This document shows, piece by piece, positions 1-7,547 of a stretch of DNA of 20,000 bases; within the stretch, counting starts at the first letter, position 1; each line of letters begins with the position of its first letter. The stretch lies in the IMG/VR virus record IMGVR_UViG_3300002092_000038, one strand, 5' to 3'. Source of the stretch: an uncultured virus (IMG/VR IMGVR_UViG_3300002092_000038). Taxonomy: Duplodnaviria; Heunggongvirae; Uroviricota; Caudoviricetes. The translations under genes were made by a program, and so were the position numbers. The notes below the pieces were generated by a model. The model saw only the letters and a program-made list of their open reading frames with translations. It was not told where the DNA came from and searched no databases.

Positions 1-1182
1 CTCCATCCAACTAGAAGTAAATAATGCTGGATCTATTATTTGAGGTGTAAGATAAAGTTGAGAATTATCAGGACTAGGAGAAGCTATAATAGCCATACCC
101 CATGTTCCTGCTTTAGATGGTATTTTATCTACTAAATAATTAGCAATATTATCAGAAGCATTTATTTTAACTTTATTAGTTTCTGGATTAGCTACAGTAA
201 TATCTAATTTATGACCAGATATATTCATGTTTAAAGAACCATCACTACTTTCTAATTTAGCATCTAAAAACCCTGCATCAGCAGGATTATCTCCTGAAGA
301 AAGCATTGTTTTATATAATCCTGTATAACTAGTATCTAAAGCTACCCTATAGCCACTACAACTGCCTACAGAAGTAGATGTTAATCCTGTTCCTGTAGCG
401 GTATAATAGTTAGTATTAATATCTGTTACAGAAGCCATTATATTATTAAGGGTCTGTTCTAAAGTAGTAGCTGTTGTAACACAACCAAAATTTAAATTAG
501 TATCATCTAAAGTAGGCAAAGAACATACATAAGTAATAAGTTGGGCTACTGTACTTCTAATACTATCAGAAGAGCCTCCAGCTAAACAATTAGTACTATT
601 ATCAAAATTAGCTATAGCTGCTTGTTTACCTGCTATAGCAGTAGTTAAAGATACACCATAAGTTATTACTGAATTAAATGCACTATTTATATTAGTAGGT
701 GAACTAATACCCCAAGAAGACCAGGTACTACCAGGAGCATTAAGTAAAGCTAATATAGATCCAACTCCTATGTACGTAGCTGTTAATACTTGATTCCTAG
801 TCATACCAGAAGAAATTGTTATACTTCCTCCCCCACCAGAATAAGAATAAGACAATCCTGGTACTTGTAAAGCATTTATAGCAGTAGTAAAAGCATCTAT
901 ATCTGCTGGATAACTAGTATTAACAAAATCACTGTATTCAGTATGAAAATCACATAAGTTTTTACTTATACCTTCTGCAAAATTTTGAGTATTTGTAGGA
1001 TGTGTAGTACCATCTATTTGTTTTACACAATACAAATTATACCCTGAGTAATTAGGAGCAGAAGAAGAACTATTAACTGCTGTATTTATTTCCTGTAAAA
1101 TAATATCTAATTGCTGATTAGACGTTACCCCTATATAATTAAGATCAATTCCTGTATATTTTACTTGACTTGCGTTTGTCAT
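1..1182 (-). CDS. Putative tail fibre/structural protein, 3'-truncated by the window edge (>394 aa); absent from the ORF track
   Basis: Hand translation from ATG 1182 (ATGA overlap with the upstream TGA) stays open to base 1: MTNASQVKYTGIDLNYIGVTSNQQLDIILQEIN... It is S/T/G/N-rich and has two related motifs (YKTMLSSGDNPADAGFLDAKL, NKVKINASDNIANYLVDKI). Confidence 0.8.
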   Translation of the reverse strand, partial: MTNASQVKYTGIDLNYIGVTSNQQLDIILQEINTAVNSSSSAPNYSGYNLYCVKQIDGTTHPTNTQNFAEGISKNLCDFHTEYSDFVNTSYPADIDAFTTAINALQVPGLSYSYSGGGGSITISSGMTRNQVLTATYIGVGSILALLNAPGSTWSSWGISSPTNINSAFNSVITYGVSLTTAIAGKQAAIANFDNSTNCLAGGSSDSIRSTVAQLITYVCSLPTLDDTNLNFGCVTTATTLEQTLNNIMASVTDINTNYYTATGTGLTSTSVGSCSGYRVALDTSYTGLYKTMLSSGDNPADAGFLDAKLESSDGSLNMNISGHKLDITVANPETNKVKINASDNIANYLVDKIPSKAGTWGMAIIASPSPDNSQLYLTPQIIDPALFTSSWME

Positions 1183-1688
1183 TCTATACTATTTTTATTT
1201 TTTAAAACAAAATTTATTGGTGGATTAATTAAATTAGTAGCTAAAAATTTGTTTATTGTTCCTTTAGGTGTTACACCATCTTCAGGATGGCAATCAGAAC
1301 ACTGTCTACTAAAAAAATCAAATGAAAATGATACAGGAAGACTGTCTGGACCACAAGTACCACACGTTTTACGTATTACTGTTACACAAGCACAAGCTAA
1401 ACAAGGAATTCTAGGAGTTACATCTTTTAAGTCTCTTCTTTCACATTGGGCATATATACTATCATAAGTATAACCTTCAGGACAACAAGGACACCCTATA
1501 GTCTCTATAGGAGAAGGTGTTGGAGGGACTGCCCAAGGCAGATTAGCTCCTAGATTAACTACAGTCATACACTTTCCTACATTAGCAGGAGAAGGATTTC
1601 CTATTACTCCTGTAGTTGCTGTAAGAGGATTATAAAAAGAACCATCAGCATAAACATAAGTATAACCTTTAGGACAACATCTTTGCAT
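1179..1688 (-). CDS. Cys-rich hypothetical protein in the tail module (169 aa)
   Basis: 14 Cys; internal repeat CCPKGYTY / CCPEGYTY; tightly coupled to both neighbours. Confidence 0.75.
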   Translation of the reverse strand: MQRCCPKGYTYVYADGSFYNPLTATTGVIGNPSPANVGKCMTVVNLGANLPWAVPPTPSPIETIGCPCCPEGYTYDSIYAQCERRDLKDVTPRIPCLACACVTVIRKTCGTCGPDSLPVSFSFDFFSRQCSDCHPEDGVTPKGTINKFLATNLINPPINFVLKNKNSIE

Positions 1689-1690
1689 AA

Positions 1691-2827
1691 TTAGAACATT
1701 CTTTGAATATAAATAACCCCTGTATAAGGTTGCATATTATTATGAGAACCATTACCTCCTCCTGTAGAACCATTAAATGTGCCGCTAGGTACAGTAAAAG
1801 GTATATTAACAGCATTGTGAGGATAAGCAGGACCACCGTATAAACCATAAGGATAAGAGATACCGTTATTACCTGAAGTATTTGTTTTGAAACCTATTTG
1901 ATCTCCTACATAAGCACTACCAGAAACACCTGGAGTTGTACCAGTAAAAGGTACAGACGGGATTTCTGCAGCTATTAAAGTATGTTTAGCTTCTCCCCCT
2001 TTATCACCATAAGCAGCTACAACTAATCCACTAGCATTGGCTGGTAAAGTACCTCCTATACCATTAGTAACTCCTACAGGAACTTGCCCCATCATATTAA
2101 CAGTACCATTTAAACCATTAGCTATGTTCCATCCACACATTTGAGTATTAGATAATCCTACACCACTACTAAAATCAGATAATGGTCCAGCATAAGGTAT
2201 AATAGCTCCTATAGGAACAAATCCTCTAAATTGTATAGAGGCTGTATTACCAGTACCAGTTTTAACTAAATTACCTGTACCACTACAAGTGACTAAATGA
2301 GACAAAAGATAATTACCAATATTAACATTGATATTATTAGTAATATCAGTAATAGCTGTTTGTAAATCTTCTATATCTGATTCTGCTTTACATAATTCAT
2401 AAATAATTTCTTGAATTATAGATGCTGTAGAAGAACTAGAAGTTACTCTAGCTAAACAAGCAGTATCAAAAGGTCCTGATAAACCTTCTACAAGAGTGGT
2501 AAGATCTTGTATCATAGTGTATTCTGTACAAATAGCAGTATGATAACAATTTAATAAACAAGGCAAATCAGTACAAGTACCACAACAACTGATACAGTCT
2601 GCAAATAAAGCCGCACATGCACCAGTAGTTAAATCTACATTAGTAATATGAATACCAACTCCTGTAGAAAAATTTACAAGAGTTTGAAGTATAACTTCGT
2701 CTACTTCATATAAAGAACTACTAGTACATATTCCTAAAGAAGGAATACTAGGACCAGTATAAACTATAGAAGTATCTGCTGGTCCTTTAGCATAAATTGA
2801 GCAATTAGAGGAATTACATCCTGACAT
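1691..2827 (-). CDS. Tail fibre-like protein with a C-terminal tail-collar-type domain (378 aa)
   Basis: C-terminal motifs VPIGAIIPYAG...GW.IANG.NGT..M.G.VPVG...GGEAKHTL...EIP...HNNMQPY..VIYI match the phage tail-collar pattern. The N-terminus is Cys-rich and followed by a coiled-coil-like stretch. Confidence 0.75.
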   Translation of the reverse strand: MSGCNSSNCSIYAKGPADTSIVYTGPSIPSLGICTSSSLYEVDEVILQTLVNFSTGVGIHITNVDLTTGACAALFADCISCCGTCTDLPCLLNCYHTAICTEYTMIQDLTTLVEGLSGPFDTACLARVTSSSSTASIIQEIIYELCKAESDIEDLQTAITDITNNINVNIGNYLLSHLVTCSGTGNLVKTGTGNTASIQFRGFVPIGAIIPYAGPLSDFSSGVGLSNTQMCGWNIANGLNGTVNMMGQVPVGVTNGIGGTLPANASGLVVAAYGDKGGEAKHTLIAAEIPSVPFTGTTPGVSGSAYVGDQIGFKTNTSGNNGISYPYGLYGGPAYPHNAVNIPFTVPSGTFNGSTGGGNGSHNNMQPYTGVIYIQRMF

Positions 2828-2837
2828 ATAATATTAT

Positions 2838-3131
2838 TTAACAAAAACTATTAGTAAGTTTCTGAATATTTGAAGTAATATAAATTAAAAAGGTTTCATT
2901 TCCACAATCTTCTAAACAATTGCATCCCAATAATTTATCTAATAATATTTCTTTATACTCACAAATAGTATCATATAAATCATAATCTATACTTTTTGTG
3001 AATCCATAAATATCATTATAATATTGCCTTTTAGCTAAAGATAATATAGTATTATCTATATCGTCTAAAAGATCATTTAAACCATCATTGTTTAAATTGT
3101 TATTGGCCAGTCTTGGGTGTATTAGGAACAT
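2838..3131 (-). CDS. Small helical structural protein, candidate tail hub subunit (97 aa)
   Basis: Size and position (after the ~210-aa protein, before fibre genes) resemble the hub gene pair of crAss-like phages. The function is inferred from synteny only. Confidence 0.5.
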   Translation of the reverse strand: MFLIHPRLANNNLNNDGLNDLLDDIDNTILSLAKRQYYNDIYGFTKSIDYDLYDTICEYKEILLDKLLGCNCLEDCGNETFLIYITSNIQKLTNSFC

Positions 3132-3252
3132 TGCTAGTAGTATTTGATTTTTGTTTTTCTTGGTAACATTTTGGACACAAGCCTTGTATCATTTGACAAG
3201 CTTGTAACTGTATAGTACAAACTGGATTACCACATTTTCTTATTGCACACAT
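3100..3252 (-). CDS. 50-aa Cys-rich, putative Zn-binding microprotein; absent from the ORF track
   Basis: ATG 3252 to TAA 3100: MCAIRKCGNPVCTIQLQACQMIQGLCPKCYQEKQKSNTTSNVPNTPKTGQ. It has 6 Cys and an A-rich leader, and fills the gap between the flanking genes. Confidence 0.7.
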   Translation of the reverse strand: MCAIRKCGNPVCTIQLQACQMIQGLCPKCYQEKQKSNTTSNVPNTPKTGQ

Positions 3253-3270
3253 AAGTATTATTTTTTATAT

Positions 3271-3897
3271 TTAATGACAATTACACCCTATTAAACCCTG
3301 TCCTCTATTCCATCCTACACCAGTATTACAGTTACTATGCCAATTTATACTAGGAAATTTACAACATAAATGTTCTAATATATACATGGCTTTGTTATAA
3401 AACTCTTCTGCTAATACAAAGTTATTATTATTAGCTGATACTACACAACCATTTATATAGAGTTTTACTTTTTTTAATTGATTTAAATATTTTTCTATAC
3501 CATGATCATGACAAGCAAACTCTACATTCAATTTTAAAAAAGCATGTTCATATTTACATTTTATATTATCAATCTTAACAAAGTTTTGATTGATTGTTGC
3601 ATTAGGTAATCCTCCTGAAGGTACAACCGTATAGATAACATTGTATATACCATCAGGCAAACTAGTACAACCTGTATCACTACAAGTAATTCCTAAGTCT
3701 ACACATTTGTAAACATTTACACTAAGAGGTGTAAAAGGTACATTTAAAGTAGGGTATCCTGGAGGAGTTATTTCCATTGATAAATCTGCTGATGTAGGTA
3801 TACTTAAATAAGAACTTACATCAGAAATAGCTATACAAGAACCGTCTCTTAAATCTACTAATTTTAAAGATAGTATTGGTAATTGTTCTACTAACAT
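3271..3897 (-). CDS. Structural protein, candidate tail hub subunit (~208 aa)
   Basis: ATG 3897 (MLVEQLP...) just after the lysin stop is preferred over TTG 3915. Beta-rich N-terminus with LPDGIY motif, helical C-terminus ending GCNCH. Assignment is by synteny. Confidence 0.55.
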   Translation of the reverse strand: MLVEQLPILSLKLVDLRDGSCIAISDVSSYLSIPTSADLSMEITPPGYPTLNVPFTPLSVNVYKCVDLGITCSDTGCTSLPDGIYNVIYTVVPSGGLPNATINQNFVKIDNIKCKYEHAFLKLNVEFACHDHGIEKYLNQLKKVKLYINGCVVSANNNNFVLAEEFYNKAMYILEHLCCKFPSINWHSNCNTGVGWNRGQGLIGCNCH

Positions 3898-3902
3898 TAT
3901 TT

Positions 3903-4499
3903 TTATTTTAAACAAGCATAAAACAATTTTGCATAACCTGCAATTGATTCTGCTTTATCTGTACCATTAATTATTTTCCTTGCTCCTATCCAATCTTCTG
4001 TAGAAGAATTGAAATACATTTCAAGACATTTGCCTGTAAAATCTCCAAAAGAAGAAGATCCTTTAAGCATACCCTCAAACATTATTTTAACAGCTATACC
4101 ACTATTTAAAGCTAATTCAGGCTTATTAAGTAAATCTACTCCTAGTAATCTTCCCATCAATTGATAGTTTTCAAACCACGTAAGCTGTACCAATCCTCTA
4201 CCATAATAAAGCTTGTCTGGAGAAATATAAGCTACTCTAGATCTTTTAACTTTTTTACCATAAGGATAATTCTTTCCTCTACCGTATTCTTCTATAGGAG
4301 ACATTGTTCTAGCTGTTTCGTGATATACAGTAGCAAACATATAAGCTAACCATCTTAAATCACTAAGAGCCTCTCCATCAAAAGTGCCTTTTTCCCATTC
4401 GTTTAATATTGCATTTATACCATCTACTTGAGATTGGGAAAAAGCTAAAAACAATTTAGTAGTTTTTAAAGCAGTATAAAATTTTTGTTTATCTATCAT
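3903..4499 (-). CDS. Glycoside hydrolase family 19 (chitinase/lysozyme-like) endolysin (~198 aa)
   Basis: Motifs LAYMFATVYHET, PIEEYG, YYGRGLVQLTW.ENY, DLL.KPELAL, ARKIING. Start moved to ATG 4499 because ATG 4541 lies inside a terminator hairpin. Confidence 0.88.
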   Translation of the reverse strand: MIDKQKFYTALKTTKLFLAFSQSQVDGINAILNEWEKGTFDGEALSDLRWLAYMFATVYHETARTMSPIEEYGRGKNYPYGKKVKRSRVAYISPDKLYYGRGLVQLTWFENYQLMGRLLGVDLLNKPELALNSGIAVKIMFEGMLKGSSSFGDFTGKCLEMYFNSSTEDWIGARKIINGTDKAESIAGYAKLFYACLK

Positions 4500-4505
4500 A
4501 GATAT

Positions 4506-4549
4506 AAAATAAAAAGCAGGATATAGGGTGTATTTCCCCATACCCTGCT
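4506..4549 (-). terminator. Intrinsic terminator after the auxiliary capsid gene
   Basis: Minus strand AGCAGGGTATGGGG-AAATACA-CCCTATATCCTGCT (14-bp stem with 2 G-U pairs) followed by TTTTATTTT. Confidence 0.85.
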
Positions 4550-4573
4550 AGGTTGTTATTAATACAACTCTTA

Positions 4574-5695
4574 TTATGGAGTTGTGTTAGTAGTAGTAGT
4601 TGTAGTAGTACTAGAAGTAGTAAAAGTACTAGTGGTACTAGGTGTAGCCAAATCATTATCTGCGGGACCAAACATAGCTGTCAATACATTAACTATAGCT
4701 GTTTCACCTGAATCTCCTTGAGGAAAAGCCAATATAACAGTTTCATCAATCTGAACATTTGGATTCCAAGCTTCATTTCCTGGCCTATAGAACTTCAAGT
4801 AATACAAATCGTAAGCTAAAGCAGAATCTACATAACTCTGGAACTCACCATTGTAATTAGGATTAGAGAAGATAGACTTGAAATCAGCTTGATTATACCA
4901 GAAATCCTTTTCTAACTGAGCAATTTCTGCTGGAGTAAGTTGTGGGAAAGAAGCTTTCTGTAAAATAGTAACAGTAGCTACTGGACTACAATAATCATCA
5001 ACTTCATAATCAGTAGTAAGTTCTGGACCATTCATTACAAATGTTCTAAACCACATCCTATCAAACTGATAAGGGAAGTTAGTAAGATCACAAGAACTAC
5101 CGTATTGCTGTAAAGTAAGTCCCTGAATAACTATAGTTGTAGAAGCTCCTGAACCCTGAGTTCCTGCTACTACAAAGTTATTAAGTATCTCATCATTATT
5201 AATAGCCTGAGCTAAAGATAACATAGTAGCTTCCACATCAGCAGGTTGCAAATCATCACAAGGATTACTTCCACAATTGCAGCATGGTGTAGTAACCATT
5301 ACTGATCTAGTCAAACCGTTGAAGTATGCAGTATCAATATAAAAAGAGTGTAACCTCAATGTTATAGAAATATCTTCATTACATCCTGCTGTAAGATTAG
5401 AAATACTTGTTACTTGTGTATTCTGTGACAATGATCCTGTTACCTTATACCAACTTATAAGATTCTTAGTATAAATATGATCAGATTTCTTAGTTCCTTC
5501 ATAAGGAGAATAAATATTTCTACCCTGAGCAAAACTGATGTACTTAGCAGATCCTACGTTAGAAACTGTAGCTGCTGCATTACTAGGAAGGAATATACCT
5601 ACCTGACCAGGAGTTAAAGAAGCAGAAGTACTAGATCCTGTTGGAAGAGTGTTCCCTGTAGGAACAACAAACATGGTTGTTAATGAAAAATCCAT
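4574..5695 (-). CDS. Auxiliary capsid (decoration) protein, crAss-like (373 aa)
   Basis: Follows the ring-protein gene and ends at a strong terminator; beta-rich composition; PCCNCGSNPC motif; Thr/Ser-rich C-terminal tail. Assignment is by synteny and size. Confidence 0.65.
   Translation of the reverse strand: MDFSLTTMFVVPTGNTLPTGSSTSASLTPGQVGIFLPSNAAATVSNVGSAKYISFAQGRNIYSPYEGTKKSDHIYTKNLISWYKVTGSLSQNTQVTSISNLTAGCNEDISITLRLHSFYIDTAYFNGLTRSVMVTTPCCNCGSNPCDDLQPADVEATMLSLAQAINNDEILNNFVVAGTQGSGASTTIVIQGLTLQQYGSSCDLTNFPYQFDRMWFRTFVMNGPELTTDYEVDDYCSPVATVTILQKASFPQLTPAEIAQLEKDFWYNQADFKSIFSNPNYNGEFQSYVDSALAYDLYYLKFYRPGNEAWNPNVQIDETVILAFPQGDSGETAIVNVLTAMFGPADNDLATPSTTSTFTTSSTTTTTTTNTTP
4580..4642 (-). 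repeat. Imperfect (ACT/ACA)n low-complexity tract encoding a poly-Thr/Ser tail
   Basis: Plus strand shows agtagtagtagttgtagtagt; the protein ends TPSTTSTFTTSSTTTTTTTNTTP. Confidence 0.8.
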
Positions 5696-5730
5696 ATTAT
5701 TTTAAATTTTTGTTTTATTGTTTATTAAAT

Positions 5731-6459
5731 TTATTCTGTTTCTTTAGATCTTTCTCTGGACAATTGAGATTGTGATTGATCTCCTATAGTGTCTGAAATT
5801 TCTGTTATTATTAATTCTAATAATTCGTTTTTAAGATAAGCATCTAGTTCACAATCTTGTAATACTGAAGGAGAACCATCTATATGTGTGTAACCAGGAA
5901 CATCTATTTCTTTAGGATATCTTAAATAAGATAAATAAAGATTGTCTATTTTAAATGTATTTTTAATATCTGGATAACTATAAAAAACATTATTTGATAT
6001 TACTCCTACACTTTCTTGATATTCAAAAGAAGGGGTCCAATGTGAAGATTTCAATTTAGTTTGAATATCTCCATGTTTAACTATGTCTATAATATCTAAT
6101 ATTCTATTTTTACAATTTCCTTTTGAACATACTATATATGAATCAATAGGCATAAAATATTTAGAACTAGTATTACTTAAAGGTGTTTGATAACTATTAA
6201 AATTATCTCCAGGTGTAGATGTAACATCTAACTTTTCATAATAAACTATGAAAGCTTCTAAATCCTGGTATCTTTTCTTAAAAGCATCTAAACCAGACTG
6301 ATAAACATTATTTAAACCTAATTTCTTTAATATCAGTTTTATTTGCGCCCTATTTGCAAAAGTTATTTTATCTTCATCAGGTATAAACTGCCCTTGTAAA
6401 TTAGCATTTTTATTTAATTTTTCATCAATCTCAAATAAAAGATCATTTACTGGTATCAT
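5731..6459 (-). CDS. Tail ring / head-tail adaptor protein, crAss-like (242 aa)
   Basis: N-terminal LNK.......FIP.ED...FANRAQ and C-terminal YLSYLRYP...CELD....ELL motifs are typical of the ring-protein gene located two genes after the crAss MCP. Confidence 0.75.
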   Translation of the reverse strand: MIPVNDLLFEIDEKLNKNANLQGQFIPDEDKITFANRAQIKLILKKLGLNNVYQSGLDAFKKRYQDLEAFIVYYEKLDVTSTPGDNFNSYQTPLSNTSSKYFMPIDSYIVCSKGNCKNRILDIIDIVKHGDIQTKLKSSHWTPSFEYQESVGVISNNVFYSYPDIKNTFKIDNLYLSYLRYPKEIDVPGYTHIDGSPSVLQDCELDAYLKNELLELIITEISDTIGDQSQSQLSRERSKETE

Positions 6460-6473
6460 TATTCTGATTTATA

Positions 6474-7457
6474 TTAATTAACTGATTGCCTCATTTTCTT
6501 CTTATCTTCTACTTTAATTTCCAAAGCTAAATACTTTTGCTGATTTTCAGCTTTAGTAGATGATAATTCTTTAAGAAGAACATCTTCTGAAGTAGCAACC
6601 ATTGTATTTCCTTCATACACAATACCTGAAGTATCTTTATGGTAAATCCTAAACTTGATGGCTTCTCTAATCAAAGCCTTGGTAGTTACTAAAGCATCAC
6701 TAAGGTTTGTAATATTATTAAATATTGTAACAGCCCTAGATCCAGCATATTCCCCAAGCTTAATTTCTCCACTATTTACAAAATTATATATCTGGTTGTA
6801 TATAATTTCTTCTTTATCATTTTCAGTCACTGGCAATCCTAGCAATGTTGCTACCTTATATCTCCTTTCAATACTCATGTTATCAAGTTCCTTCTGAGCT
6901 AAAACTTTTGCTTTATTTTCATTATAAGCTGCTGTAGCTTCTTCTTCAGGATTAGAAACATAAAACTGAACAGTAGGTTTACACTGACTTTTCTTCCACC
7001 TATCTAAAGATGATGCTATCAAATCAGTATTCTGTATTACCCACCAGAATTCTATTTCCTTAAGAGCATTTGCAAAATTGAAAACATTTTCACCATCGAA
7101 AAGTCTACACCTATTAGCCACTTCATTAGTACCATACTTAGGACCATAAACACCAGAATAAAATTCTGATTTTGGACCTAAATCAAGCCCTGTAGCCAAC
7201 TCTAACCTTTCTCTCCTAGATTTAACTTTTTCTCTTTCAGCTTCCCTATCTACAGGATTAGCTATAAGATTTATATATTCTGCATTTTCATCTAGTCCTG
7301 TAAGAAACTTACCACTAGTTTTAGATTTGATTGGAGGAAAACCTACACCCGTACCTGGATGCCTATTATATCCTTTTTCTGCCAATGCATTTTTTGTAGT
7401 CATTTCACCATTCCTTACTTCTACAGGAAGAGGTAATATCTTTGCTATTTTTGCCAT
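6474..7457 (-). CDS. Conserved crAss-like head-module protein immediately downstream of MCP (327 aa), function unknown
   Basis: Position after MCP; FLTGLDE motif; C-terminal helical region with a KALIREAIKFRI...G.VY.G motif. Confidence 0.7.
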   Translation of the reverse strand: MAKIAKILPLPVEVRNGEMTTKNALAEKGYNRHPGTGVGFPPIKSKTSGKFLTGLDENAEYINLIANPVDREAEREKVKSRRERLELATGLDLGPKSEFYSGVYGPKYGTNEVANRCRLFDGENVFNFANALKEIEFWWVIQNTDLIASSLDRWKKSQCKPTVQFYVSNPEEEATAAYNENKAKVLAQKELDNMSIERRYKVATLLGLPVTENDKEEIIYNQIYNFVNSGEIKLGEYAGSRAVTIFNNITNLSDALVTTKALIREAIKFRIYHKDTSGIVYEGNTMVATSEDVLLKELSSTKAENQQKYLALEIKVEDKKKMRQSVN

Positions 7458-7490
7458 ATGTAGTTGTTTTGTCTTTCTATTTTAAATATA

Positions 7491-7531
7491 TGGTTGGGGA
7501 GGACAAGGAAAGATAGAAACCTCCCCAACCA
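7491..7531 (-). other. GC-rich RNA hairpin 3' of MCP (possible mRNA stabiliser or attenuator)
   Basis: Perfect 12-bp inverted repeat TGGTTGGGGAGG / CCTCCCCAACCA with a 17-nt loop; no clear U-tract on the minus strand. Confidence 0.75.
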
Positions 7532-7547
7532 AGTTTTAAAAATTTTA

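Noticed and set aside
4500..4541. N-terminal extension of the lysin (MGKYTLYPAFYFIS) as a SAR or signal sequence
   Set aside because: It is encoded by the terminator stem and U-tract; ATG 4499 is the more plausible start.
4489..4671. 60-aa Leu-rich ORF as a possible holin upstream of the lysin
   Set aside because: The poly-Leu is the alternative-frame reading of the poly-Thr (ACT)n tract, and the ORF crosses the terminator. A frameshift product cannot be strictly excluded but has no support.
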